Virus record (IMG/VR): IMGVR_UViG_3300036760_000522
Coordinates: 62,001-126,000 of that record
Reading direction: 5' to 3' (one strand)
DNA: 64,000 nucleotides
The notes under the pieces are model-generated. The model was given only the letters and a program-made list of their open reading frames with translations. It searched no databases and had not been told where the DNA came from. A program made the translations under genes and the position numbers. Shown piece by piece: positions 27,790-37,877 of this stretch; positions within the stretch are counted from its first letter, which is position 1, and every line of letters starts with the position of its first letter.

Positions 27790-28400
27790 TGGCGAGGATC
27801 CCTTCTGCCAATCCGGACTTCGCTAAAATCGAAGTCCCGTCAGATGGCAGCGGAGTTTATCCGCATCCTGCGATCAATCGTAGAGGCGCTATCCCCATGG
27901 CGTTCCAGATCGTCTCACCTTTCAACGCATCCAAAATGCTGTTGCCTCACGCTTTGGTCATGCACGTCAACCCGGCTAGCTTGACGGAGAACCACCAGCA
28001 AACAGTCGAGAGGATCCAGACACGCGGAGGATGGGTCGAACAACATTGGGAACCAAAACTGCTCGAGATTAGTGCCGACGGCACTACAGGTGCTTTCGTC
28101 AACATCTACACGGGTCTTTCGAGTGTCCTCAGACAACAGACCATTGCCTGGGACCGGTACCGAGATCTGCACGACCTCTATTTGAACAACGGATCAGTTT
28201 ACGATCCGTACGGCAACATCGTTCTCCAGGGCTTTGTGATGCTCATGTACGATCGCGGTACGTACCTTGGTTCATTTCGATCTTTCGAAGTCGATGAGAC
28301 CGACGACGCGCCGTTCGCTTTCAAGCTCACTTGGACGTTCAAGGTCGAGCGAACGATCTTGGCAGTAGTGTCTTCTGCTAGATACCAAAAGGTAGCGTGA
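27789..28400 (+). CDS. Baseplate tube-initiator-like protein
   Basis: MHVNPASL...IQTRGGWVEQHW...ISADG tube-like fold; follows tape measure. Confidence 0.6.
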   Translation: MARIPSANPDFAKIEVPSDGSGVYPHPAINRRGAIPMAFQIVSPFNASKMLLPHALVMHVNPASLTENHQQTVERIQTRGGWVEQHWEPKLLEISADGTTGAFVNIYTGLSSVLRQQTIAWDRYRDLHDLYLNNGSVYDPYGNIVLQGFVMLMYDRGTYLGSFRSFEVDETDDAPFAFKLTWTFKVERTILAVVSSARYQKVA

Positions 28401-28403
28401 CAC

Positions 28404-30224
28404 TTGGCGACTAGACGCAGAGTTGCACGAAGCAACAGCTATTCACAGAAGGCTGCTCAAATTGAGCAGGATGCCGCGTACTACCCGTCCTCTGTCTATG
28501 GTGGCTTAGGAAACAACGGACCACTCAGTCCACATCTGACATTCCCGAGCGCGCTGGACTTGCAAGTCGACGCACTCTCTGAGGAGTTTGTCCCGCTTTC
28601 AACTGTTGCACAGAGATCCAGAAACCCAAAGATTTTCGTGATCGGGATCATTCCGCCAAGCGTCAAAATATCGGGGCGTCTTCTCGACCGATCTGCAACG
28701 GTGAACCCTTTGGTTCCGGCGAGTGCTGACACTGTACAAATTCCAACGGATCCTTCTCGTGAAGGCGCTCCGAATGCCACCATCAGCGTCACGGGTAATC
28801 TTTTGGCAGTTGAGGGATTGGCCTCCACGACTGACGAGTTTCGGCAGGCCGTCATCGCCATGGCTCAGCGGCACGGATGGGATCCAAATATCCTCGTCAC
28901 TATCATGGCGTTCGAGACTGGAAAGACTTTCAGAGCTGATGCTGGGATTGATGCGTGGAACCCTAGTCGCACTGCGACAGGTCTCATTCAGTTCACAGAA
29001 GAAACTGCGAGAACACTGGGAATCCCTCCTGGTCCGCCTCCGGATCCCAAACTTCGCAATAGACGATCTTCGTCGGGAAGCCTTCCACGGTCAGAGTACC
29101 GAACCTGGACATTGATGGGGATGACAGCGGAGGAACAACTCCCCTACGTAGAACAGTACTTTGTTTCAGGGTTCGGGAATCGAGACCCCAGCAAGCTTCG
29201 GTTGATCGACTACTATGCCGTCGTTTTTGGTCAACCAAAGATCGGTGCCTCTAAGGACGCGGTTCTCTACCGTGCAACGGACATCTTCGGATTGCCCGTC
29301 AAAGCATACAAAGACAACATTGGTCTTGACAGGGTAGCTGGGGATCGAAGTACCCCTCCCATGCGAAAGGGTTACATTAACGTCAACGACTTGCAACGCA
29401 ACCTTGACGGAATACAACGCAGCGCTCACGGAGAAACCATCGCAGTCGGCTCTGTACCTAGGATGATTTTTGTAGGAACTGCCGAAACCATCGCTGCCGA
29501 CTCCAACAATGGCAATTGGAAGGAAACAGGAGCCCAAAGTTCAGCACAAGCTCAAAGCGAAATGGGCAAGCTTGCAGACACTCCTTTGAGTGGACAAGAC
29601 CTGTTGAATGCTTTCACAACGCAACAGACAGCTCAAATCCTCAGCACACAACTTGAGCGGGATGCTATGGCTAACATACCTCCGCTTCGCATGCTCATCA
29701 ATCCAAAGCAGTTCACAGTCAAGCCCGAGAAGATTGTCGCTGATGGTAGCCAGTCACGAGAAGGCGTCATCGTCGAACATTGGGGAAACCAGCAAGACAA
29801 GATTTCAGCCTCAGGTAAAGTGGCGGGGTTCTACGCGATCGACGCCAAGAACGCAGTAGGTCCAGGCGTGACGCGCATGGCCCGCAACTTCAGTCAAGCG
29901 TGGCAGAACTTCCAAAGCATGGTGTTGCTGTATGCGAACAACGGAGGACTCCGCACGCCGGATTTCGCCGCAGCAACGTCACGGAGAAATCTCTCTTTGA
30001 TGGGGTCAATCTACATCTACTACGACTCGACCCTGTACATCGGCAGCTTTGATTCCTTGTCTGTGACAGAGTCCGACACAGCACCATTTACGGTCGAGTA
30101 CTCCTGGGAGTTCACAGCTCGTGCGACTTTCCTGCTCGACACCCCTGACTTGCAACGCAACTACGGCTCAAGCGCGTCTTTGACAGCTCAACCGACAGTT
30201 TCTCGTGCTTTCATAGGCTATTAG
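28404..30224 (+). CDS. Baseplate protein: lytic transglycosylase-like domain fused to a tube-initiator-like domain
   Basis: IMAFETG...ATGLIQF...EQLPYVEQYF; the C-terminal LINPKQF...EHWG domain parallels 27789-28400. Confidence 0.75.
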   Translation: MATRRRVARSNSYSQKAAQIEQDAAYYPSSVYGGLGNNGPLSPHLTFPSALDLQVDALSEEFVPLSTVAQRSRNPKIFVIGIIPPSVKISGRLLDRSATVNPLVPASADTVQIPTDPSREGAPNATISVTGNLLAVEGLASTTDEFRQAVIAMAQRHGWDPNILVTIMAFETGKTFRADAGIDAWNPSRTATGLIQFTEETARTLGIPPGPPPDPKLRNRRSSSGSLPRSEYRTWTLMGMTAEEQLPYVEQYFVSGFGNRDPSKLRLIDYYAVVFGQPKIGASKDAVLYRATDIFGLPVKAYKDNIGLDRVAGDRSTPPMRKGYINVNDLQRNLDGIQRSAHGETIAVGSVPRMIFVGTAETIAADSNNGNWKETGAQSSAQAQSEMGKLADTPLSGQDLLNAFTTQQTAQILSTQLERDAMANIPPLRMLINPKQFTVKPEKIVADGSQSREGVIVEHWGNQQDKISASGKVAGFYAIDAKNAVGPGVTRMARNFSQAWQNFQSMVLLYANNGGLRTPDFAAATSRRNLSLMGSIYIYYDSTLYIGSFDSLSVTESDTAPFTVEYSWEFTARATFLLDTPDLQRNYGSSASLTAQPTVSRAFIGY

Positions 30225-30225
30225 T

Positions 30226-33200
30226 GTGGCACGAGGACCCTTTCAAGGCACGTATCAGGCGGGCGTTCGTCCGACTGTAGTCACGGCACCTGACGCACTC
30301 GTCTACGTCAACGGAGAAGTCGACATTCTTGGGTGTCCTCAGTGCCGGCGTCGTTTCGACTGGAATAAATACATCACGAGTATCCAGGTCGATTTAAATA
30401 TCGACAGTCCGCCCGGCTCAGCGTCCATCAACTTGTCCGTTCCTCGACACTCGGTAGACGATTTCTACTTCGAGGGACAGCCTCTCATCACCAGCATGAT
30501 GGAGATCGAGATCTACGCGAAAGGCTACTACCTTCTCGAGGGCGTCCCTCAATACTATCCGATTTTTTGGGGACTTGTGACCGAAGTCACTGAGGCTTAC
30601 TCCGGTGGAGAACACACCTTTTCAATCAATTGCTCTGACATCTTGAAATGGTGGGAACTGTGCAAGATGAATGTGAATCCAGCGTTCACAGCGGCTGCCG
30701 GTCAGCAAGGACGCTCGAATTTCGGCAATGTGTTTCATGGCATGAACCCTTATGATGTGATTTGGTCTTTGGCCCACGCATCGTTCGGTGACATTGTGAT
30801 TGGAACTGGCTCGTTGAACACAATTCAGAATGAGAGGAACCCTGCTCTTGCCTCGACATTCAAAAATGCGATGGGCGATCTCATGCAGTACTGGAATCGT
30901 AGGTTCAGCAAGATCCGATCGAACTTGCTGCTCTACGGAACGACAGGCACAGCGGTCAGAGGTGATCAGCTCCAGGCGGCGTATGAAAATCTAAAACCAG
31001 GGGTGAACAAACCTTTCGCATCACAACTCGTGCGTCAAGCCAACGGCGGCAACACACAGCAGATGGACTTCGACCCAACTGATCCTAACGTTGTTGCATT
31101 TCGCGTCCAAGGTACACAAGCTGGTCAGACTAGTCTTTGGCAAACGGAGTTTCAAACTAAGCTCGAGATCGCGAACTCGTCGAAGCAAGCCATTGGCTTT
31201 GAATTCTACATGGACGTGACAGGGGACATCGTTTTCAAACCGCCTTTCTTCAATCTCGATGTACTCTCGAACAAGCCTGTAAGTTGGATCCAAGACATCG
31301 ACATCATCGACTTCAATATTGCGGACTCTGAGGCAGAGGTTGTGACTCAACTTCAGGTGCAAGGAAACTATACAGGCAACATCGATTGGGGGATTGGAGA
31401 AGAGGCGACTCCATACACGAGTGTCACTGACTACCATCTCCTGCGACGATATGGCTGGAGGGTACAGAACTACAACTCTGAGTTTCTAGCGGATCCGCGA
31501 GCCATGTTTTATGTTGGGCTCGATGTCTTGGATCAACACAACGCGAAACGATTCAAGGCCACCTGCAACATACCGCTTCGTCCTGAGTTGCGACTCGGAT
31601 TCCCAATCTACCTCGCGCCCAAAGATCAGTTTTGGTATGTGACTGGGATCAGTCATAACATTTCGTTCGGAGGTCGAGCACAAACGACTCTCAATCTGAC
31701 GTCACGCCGCGGAAAATTCATGGCACCGAAAGGGATCGGCACCATTGAATTGACAGGAACGACAGCGAACCCCCAAACGCTGACACCTCGACAACTGGCT
31801 GAGAAAGGTCACTTCAAGGTCAACGTCGGGGAAGCCGCTCAGATCCCGCCCACCAACGCTCCAAGTCAAGCCGGGGACTCGGACCCCTACGAGCCTCTTG
31901 TGCTTCGCCACCCAAAGACAGGTCGCATCGTCGGTTACCCAAACGTCGTCATGGCTTACACAGGGCCATTTACTGCGACCGCCGACCAACTGGCTACGTT
32001 GAAAGGTGAGAAGAAGCCAACGAGCCAGAAGACGGACGGACGAACAGCGCAATCCAGAATCAAGGAAGCTCAAGACGCCGCACTCGAACAAATCGCTCAG
32101 ATCAGCGAGGCTTCATTCACGGTGCAAGAGCAAGATCGTGTGCGCGAAAAACACATGACGAATCGTTACAGCTACGGGCTGAACAGCGCAGGTGTCTACA
32201 CTTATTTGCACGACAAATCCCAAGTCATCCGAGAAATGATTGTCCTCCCTGCGAACCGAGTCTCGTTCAACAATTCCCAGATCCAGTTCACAGGTAAGAG
32301 TGGCATGATCCGTCCCGTGTCTGATGATCGTGGCTACGAAGTCATCGGCCACCATCGCTACGGACGGAACGTCCTTTTGCGTGACGGTGCTCTCGTTCTT
32401 AACGATGGGAATCCGAATGAGCGGACCAACCCAGGACTTCAATTGGCACTCTCTGGTGGACTTCTCGAGACGCTACAAGCTCAGTCACAGGGTTTGACCA
32501 CGGTGTCGACGCCCTACGTCAATGCAGCTGATGCGATCACCAAGCTTCAACCAGAGGATCTACAGACCGCCGCGACCATCGTGCCTGAACTCAACGAGCC
32601 GAGAATCATCGAAGGCGAAACAACATTCGTGAAAACAGCTCCTCTGAATTCACCTGAACGTATTGGAGCGACAACACCAGCCAACGTCGAAGCGACCCAA
32701 CTCTCTCGGGCTCTGACTTTAGCAGAAATGACAGTTCGAGAAGGCCTTGCCGCAGGTGGAACGATAGACCCAAATTGTCTGTGTGTTTCAGGGAGAGCTG
32801 ACTTGGCTTTCATCAGCGTTGGGTATCAAGTCAAAACTTTGCGACCAACAACTTCTGACGTTAATCTAAGTGAGCAAGCCCGAGCTATCATCGAACAAGC
32901 CCAATCTGCTGAGATACCCGCGGAAGCAATCGCACAAGCTATTGAGCAGTACCGGAGCACGGATCCAGACCTGTCACAGGCTATTGCAGCTCAAGGGCTT
33001 TCAGGAATAATCGACGACACCTCAGACGACTTGAATCCCAAACGTGGTGTACGTTCACACCAAGACACGATCGGTGTTGTCGAAGCCTTTTTAGCTAACC
33101 TCTACACCGCGCTTGATGTCCCTCATCAGGAGCGTGAAAAAGAACTTCGCGGGGAACACATTCAACTACCGGCACGCAAACCGGAAACCATACGATTTGG

Positions 33201-33618
33201 AGAAACAGCACCAGAGCTGAGTCCTTTTGCACCGCCGTACTCAACGCCGAATCGCGCACTCGGTGGAGATCCAGAGGCTTTGGCGATTCAAGCCAGAACC
33301 TCAATCAACCAAATTCCCAAGGCATGGAGCAAGTTCAGTACTGATTTGAAAGCCAATACGGCTCGACGAACGTTAGAGGTCCAGATCTCCCAGGAGCGGG
33401 CCCGAGTGCAACGCTTGGAACAAGAAAAGCAGGATCTCGAGAGGAAGCTTCAAAGCAAGGGAACTACAAGTGGAGATATTCCGAAGAACGTGAGAGACCT
33501 TCAGACAGAAATCGATGCCTTGCAAAAAGACATCGATGACAAGCAAACGGAACTCCGACAACTCAATCTGTCGTCACCTCCACCGCCACAAGACGGCCCG
33601 GAGGAAGTCACACCCTAA
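30226..33618 (+). CDS. Baseplate hub-like protein
   Basis: ITSIQVDL...SASINL, FEFYMDVTGDIVFKPP, LRPELRLGFP, YVTGISHNI. Confidence 0.7.
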   Translation: MARGPFQGTYQAGVRPTVVTAPDALVYVNGEVDILGCPQCRRRFDWNKYITSIQVDLNIDSPPGSASINLSVPRHSVDDFYFEGQPLITSMMEIEIYAKGYYLLEGVPQYYPIFWGLVTEVTEAYSGGEHTFSINCSDILKWWELCKMNVNPAFTAAAGQQGRSNFGNVFHGMNPYDVIWSLAHASFGDIVIGTGSLNTIQNERNPALASTFKNAMGDLMQYWNRRFSKIRSNLLLYGTTGTAVRGDQLQAAYENLKPGVNKPFASQLVRQANGGNTQQMDFDPTDPNVVAFRVQGTQAGQTSLWQTEFQTKLEIANSSKQAIGFEFYMDVTGDIVFKPPFFNLDVLSNKPVSWIQDIDIIDFNIADSEAEVVTQLQVQGNYTGNIDWGIGEEATPYTSVTDYHLLRRYGWRVQNYNSEFLADPRAMFYVGLDVLDQHNAKRFKATCNIPLRPELRLGFPIYLAPKDQFWYVTGISHNISFGGRAQTTLNLTSRRGKFMAPKGIGTIELTGTTANPQTLTPRQLAEKGHFKVNVGEAAQIPPTNAPSQAGDSDPYEPLVLRHPKTGRIVGYPNVVMAYTGPFTATADQLATLKGEKKPTSQKTDGRTAQSRIKEAQDAALEQIAQISEASFTVQEQDRVREKHMTNRYSYGLNSAGVYTYLHDKSQVIREMIVLPANRVSFNNSQIQFTGKSGMIRPVSDDRGYEVIGHHRYGRNVLLRDGALVLNDGNPNERTNPGLQLALSGGLLETLQAQSQGLTTVSTPYVNAADAITKLQPEDLQTAATIVPELNEPRIIEGETTFVKTAPLNSPERIGATTPANVEATQLSRALTLAEMTVREGLAAGGTIDPNCLCVSGRADLAFISVGYQVKTLRPTTSDVNLSEQARAIIEQAQSAEIPAEAIAQAIEQYRSTDPDLSQAIAAQGLSGIIDDTSDDLNPKRGVRSHQDTIGVVEAFLANLYTALDVPHQEREKELRGEHIQLPARKPETIRFGETAPELSPFAPPYSTPNRALGGDPEALAIQARTSINQIPKAWSKFSTDLKANTARRTLEVQISQERARVQRLEQEKQDLERKLQSKGTTSGDIPKNVRDLQTEIDALQKDIDDKQTELRQLNLSSPPPPQDGPEEVTP

Positions 33619-35793
33619 ATGCGCACACTGCCAAAAAACCCTAGCGGCACGATCCCAGGCAAGGACTTCGTTGATACAGGAGACCTCTCTGGCATCAAGG
33701 TCGGCATCGTCACACGCGTCGATGAAGTCAATCTCAAGGCAGATCTGCGGATTATCACAGGTGGTGGTGACAGGTTCGAGGTTGACCTCACGCAAGGGTT
33801 AGCAGGGCCGAGAAGCTTTTTGGGAGGGATCCCGGAAGTCAACTCGGTTGCACTTGTCGGTTACCGTCGAATCCACAAAAATCTCTACGACGCAGTCATC
33901 ATCGGCTATCTCCCAACTGGGGTTCGTAGCGGCGCAAGATTTGACCCGTTCTATGCTCTTGATCCGTCAGAAGTCACTCCTGACGAACAAGAAGCCGTCA
34001 ACCAAATTGCGGCCCCTGTTCTACGATACAAACGACCGCCCATTCTACGACCGGGTGATGTCGGAGGGATGGCGGCTGGCGGAGCTGAATTTGCCATCAA
34101 CCAAAACTACACTGCGGTCAACCGATCTGGGGACACGTTTCAACTTCGAGATGTTGATCGCACCATCGTTCAACAAGCCGTCCACCGAATCGAAAGTGAG
34201 TCAGGCGTCAAAAGGTTGTCAGGTCCGATCCGTCGAGGTGGTCTCTACCTGTCTCCGGACATCTTGAAAGCTGGCGGCACGACTCTTCGTGACGATGCCG
34301 ATTATTTTGGCAAGAATGCTGTTCAAGCCACAGGTCCCGGGATCGGGATTGGCACCGACGTGAAGTTCGCCAATACAGAGGGGACCATTCTTTCGGTATT
34401 CAACGACGCAACGAACTTCGCTCCAACAACCTACTCAAATGGTCGTCGTGTGCATTACCCGCCGACGGCTCCGGGCGTCGGCGTCGATGATCCAGACAGT
34501 ATCGCGGATGCGTTCGTTGAGGACCGGCTAGAGCTCCGACATACGAGCGATCTCACACTCGACGTACTTGAAGAGATTGACGGGTACGCGACCGATACAC
34601 GATCTCCGTACATCGAACGTGTTCTCGGGACGATCGTCGGAAACGATCTTGGATCAACGCGAGGCTTGCGAGGTTACGCACGAATCCTGAAGCCAAGATT
34701 GTTTCCAGACTTCGTTTCACGACTGCCGGGGAAGTTCACCCTCGAGGAGGTCGATCGCCAACCGACAACTCCTGACCTAGAAGTCAACACGAGTGCTGGC
34801 GCCATGTTGTTCCGCATCCGTCCCCCACGGAGCGTCGGCGAGAGGTCCTTTGTAGCTGCTGTCTCGAAGCAAGGCAAGCTTTTTGTTGAGATACCTGCAT
34901 CGACTGTCGAGGACTATCCGAGCGGGTCCAAACGAGTCTCGGCCGAGTTCATGTTGGAAGGGGCTCTCAAGGCCTACATTGGAGCCTCAAATCCTGACCG
35001 GATCTCTGTCCACGCGACACTCGAAGGCGGTCTTCACCTGGACATCGGTCGCGATGCCAAGGGCAACGCGGTCACCACGCGCTTCCACAGCGCGACCAAG
35101 ACCGTTTACGAAGGCAACCCCAACGACGACGACGTAGCGACCTCAATCGAGGTCAGAGGGGTCAAGGAGAGCGTCATCTCTGGTGCCGAGCAGAAGACCA
35201 TCGACGGCTCAAAAGCTACTACCGTCAGCGGCAACTATCGGATCAATGCAGATCGCTACAACGTCAACGCGTTCCAAGGCGCCTCGCTAAACTACGGTGA
35301 GCTGAACCAACTGGTCTCTGGCAAGACTCAGCTGCGGTACGCACTTCAGGTCCTAGAGGACATCATCGCGGGCGGCAAGATACTGACTATATTGGCCGGC
35401 GGGCTGACTGAGACTGTTGCTGCGGGGGCTGTGACGACCAACGTCCTGGCAGGAGCTCACTCAACAAACGTCAGTGCTGGGGCTTATTCCGTGATTGTCG
35501 GGGCGGGGGCTGTGAGCATTACTACAGGGGCGGGGGCTGTCACCATGACGACCTCTGCGGGGGCCTTCTCGATTTCCGCGGTTGCTGGTGCCATGAGCCT
35601 CACTGCTGGGTTGGCGCTCAACCTGACGGCAGCAGTCGCCTGTTCCATCGTCGCCCCTCAAATCCTCTTAGGAGGTCCAGCAGCTGTGCTCGGCCTCTGT
35701 CGAGGATTGCCGGCTCTCCCTCCAGGGACACCTACCCTGGATTTAATCACCGGGACTCCTCTATTGGGATCGGCATTAGTGCGGTCAATCTGA
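33619..35793 (+). CDS. Baseplate central spike (gpV/gp5-like)
   Basis: N-terminal OB-like GIVTRVDE...GIPEVNS; C-terminal ~9-residue periodic AGA repeats (beta-helix). Confidence 0.7.
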   Translation: MRTLPKNPSGTIPGKDFVDTGDLSGIKVGIVTRVDEVNLKADLRIITGGGDRFEVDLTQGLAGPRSFLGGIPEVNSVALVGYRRIHKNLYDAVIIGYLPTGVRSGARFDPFYALDPSEVTPDEQEAVNQIAAPVLRYKRPPILRPGDVGGMAAGGAEFAINQNYTAVNRSGDTFQLRDVDRTIVQQAVHRIESESGVKRLSGPIRRGGLYLSPDILKAGGTTLRDDADYFGKNAVQATGPGIGIGTDVKFANTEGTILSVFNDATNFAPTTYSNGRRVHYPPTAPGVGVDDPDSIADAFVEDRLELRHTSDLTLDVLEEIDGYATDTRSPYIERVLGTIVGNDLGSTRGLRGYARILKPRLFPDFVSRLPGKFTLEEVDRQPTTPDLEVNTSAGAMLFRIRPPRSVGERSFVAAVSKQGKLFVEIPASTVEDYPSGSKRVSAEFMLEGALKAYIGASNPDRISVHATLEGGLHLDIGRDAKGNAVTTRFHSATKTVYEGNPNDDDVATSIEVRGVKESVISGAEQKTIDGSKATTVSGNYRINADRYNVNAFQGASLNYGELNQLVSGKTQLRYALQVLEDIIAGGKILTILAGGLTETVAAGAVTTNVLAGAHSTNVSAGAYSVIVGAGAVSITTGAGAVTMTTSAGAFSISAVAGAMSLTAGLALNLTAAVACSIVAPQILLGGPAAVLGLCRGLPALPPGTPTLDLITGTPLLGSALVRSI

Positions 35794-35836
35794 ATTCCGT
35801 ACGTTGACAGTCAACCTGTCGGTGTTTTAGTTTTGA

Positions 35837-36604
35837 ATGCCACGTAGCCGTAACCCAAAAGGTTTGCGTCCATTTTTTAGTTACTACGGGGGTAAATGGC
35901 GAGAGACGCCGAATCTTTATCCTGAGCCTGTCCACGAAACCGTTGTGGAACCTTTTGCTGGTTCTGCTGGGTACGCGACTAGATATGCTTCACACAAAGT
36001 TATTTTGTGTGAAGTCGATCCCGTTCTTGCCGCAGTCTGGCAGTATTTGATTCTGGTGAAGGCCGAGGAGATTTTGTCAATCCCGGACTTGTCACCAGAC
36101 GAGTCCGTTGAGGACCTACAAATCAACCAAGAAGCCAAATGGCTGGTGGGGTTGTGGTTGAACCGGGGTGTCTCTAGTCCGCGCAAGAACCCTTCACAGT
36201 GGATGCGGTCGAAGATCCGTCCAGGATCATTCTGGGGGGCTAGAGTACGACGAACTATTGCATTGCAAGTCGACCTGATACGTCACTGGAAAATCTACCA
36301 TTGTAGCTACGTCGATTGTCCGACACCACGTACAGCTACGTGGTTCATTGACCCGCCATACATAGAAGCTGGGCGGCACTACCGGTATGGGGCTCAGCAA
36401 CTGGACTATGTTGCTCTTGCTGAGTGGTGTAGATCCAGGTCTGGACAAGTCATTGTCTGTGAGAACGAGGGAGCGACGTGGTTACCTTTTTGTGAGTTGG
36501 CAAGCGTGAAGACGTCGCGGACACAACGGTCCAAAGAAGTCTGCTGGTTGAACTGCGAGAAGAAAGTTGATGAGTACGGTTTCGTGTTCAGTTTGGAGAC
36601 GTAG
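35837..36604 (+). CDS. Orphan DNA adenine methyltransferase (D12/Dam-like)
   Basis: FSYYGGK, EPFAGSA, FIDPPY. Confidence 0.88.
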   Translation: MPRSRNPKGLRPFFSYYGGKWRETPNLYPEPVHETVVEPFAGSAGYATRYASHKVILCEVDPVLAAVWQYLILVKAEEILSIPDLSPDESVEDLQINQEAKWLVGLWLNRGVSSPRKNPSQWMRSKIRPGSFWGARVRRTIALQVDLIRHWKIYHCSYVDCPTPRTATWFIDPPYIEAGRHYRYGAQQLDYVALAEWCRSRSGQVIVCENEGATWLPFCELASVKTSRTQRSKEVCWLNCEKKVDEYGFVFSLET

Positions 36605-36935
36605 CGCTATGTCGGATCACACACAAGAAGAGGACCGGCTTCCAGGCTTTGTTAGAGGTAGCGACACGAGTGAAGCCGCGGCCAGAAGCATGAGAGGGGA
36701 TCAGCGGAAGCAACAAGGCCTCATGGTCCTACAATTCTATCGCTTTGACGGTAAGGACTATACGTCGGACGACGTATTGAGTGACACGTCAGAAAACTTG
36801 TCGCTTTTGGGCGCTGCCGCCAAAGACGGAGCTCCAGTTGCTGTGCTGCGCCAGCTTCCAGCTCAGCGTGTACCGGATGAGTCAGTTGACTGGACCACTA
36901 CTGATGTTTTGGCGGACATGGGCTTAGATTGGTAG
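36567..36935 (+). CDS. Hypothetical protein, possibly a chimeric fragment
   Basis: Short ORF with a DTSEAAA motif; likely start near 36609. Confidence 0.35.
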   Translation: MMSTVSCSVWRRSAMSDHTQEEDRLPGFVRGSDTSEAAARSMRGDQRKQQGLMVLQFYRFDGKDYTSDDVLSDTSENLSLLGAAAKDGAPVAVLRQLPAQRVPDESVDWTTTDVLADMGLDW

Positions 36936-36986
36936 TGAAGCACCCTCTTACATCCAATGTCTCTAGACAAGAATCGGTCGCTCTAA

Positions 36987-37559
36987 TTGCCGGTTGTACC
37001 CACAGGTATCGTCGGGGCCTTGATCCCTAATTTGGTCGCCTCTGCGATGATCGGCACGGGTGTTCCCAAATACTCGCGAGGAGTTGCTGAGGGCCTGGTG
37101 AGGTGGATTCCCAAAATCAGGGTCAACACGATTGACACAGGCACGGTCGGGGCTGGAACCAACGTACCTCTACCTCTGATTGTGCCGACTCCGTTGCTTT
37201 ACGCTGCTCTGGTGACAGGCCATATCGCTGAAGGCTTGCGAGGTGTGTTCATGCCCATCTTGGCGAACGGCTTAGCGAACGGTCTCACCGTAGCGTTTTT
37301 CCAAATGCTGATCCGGACCAACCATCCAAGCGTCGGCGTCGGTGGTGGCGTAGCTCGTTTTTCAGCTCCCCCGGCTCGCAGCGACATGGTGGCTGGATTC
37401 AATGCAGTCGGCCTGAACGGTCCAGCTTCAAGTCGAGGAGCACGAGCAATAGCACGCGGACTAGACACTGTTTTTTCCGCTTTGGTGTTACCGTTGGTGA
37501 TCGTCGGCCCTGCGGCTCCCGCACCTTCGGCGGGGTCAGGTTTCGGACAAATCATCTGA
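36987..37559 (+). CDS. Gly/Ala/Pro-rich structural protein, possible spike tip
   Basis: Two internally similar halves; lies downstream of the spike gene. Confidence 0.45.
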   Translation: MPVVPTGIVGALIPNLVASAMIGTGVPKYSRGVAEGLVRWIPKIRVNTIDTGTVGAGTNVPLPLIVPTPLLYAALVTGHIAEGLRGVFMPILANGLANGLTVAFFQMLIRTNHPSVGVGGGVARFSAPPARSDMVAGFNAVGLNGPASSRGARAIARGLDTVFSALVLPLVIVGPAAPAPSAGSGFGQII

Positions 37560-37569
37560 GAGGAAAGAA

Positions 37570-37866
37570 ATGGACTACACACTAGGCACACTCATAAAAT
37601 TCGAACACGACGTCGTGACACTGAATTGTATCAACACGCTTGGACGTGAACTGTTGATACAGGTCAAGGCACCACATTTCTCAGAACTTTTCGACGAAGG
37701 TCCTCCGGTTTCCGGTTTCGTCTGTGAAGTTGTCGAAAATGAAAGCCGACAAGTGAACCTCAAACTCATCTGCCGGAACCAGCACGGTGGTACCAAAGAC
37801 GTTTGGCTCAGTGTGCCTGACATCTTGGATGGATTTTACAGTCCTGAGATTCCCAAAGCCGTCTGA
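37570..37866 (+). CDS. Hypothetical protein
   Basis: Purine-rich RBS and tight packing. Confidence 0.5.
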   Translation: MDYTLGTLIKFEHDVVTLNCINTLGRELLIQVKAPHFSELFDEGPPVSGFVCEVVENESRQVNLKLICRNQHGGTKDVWLSVPDILDGFYSPEIPKAV

Positions 37867-37877
37867 GGATCTCGTCA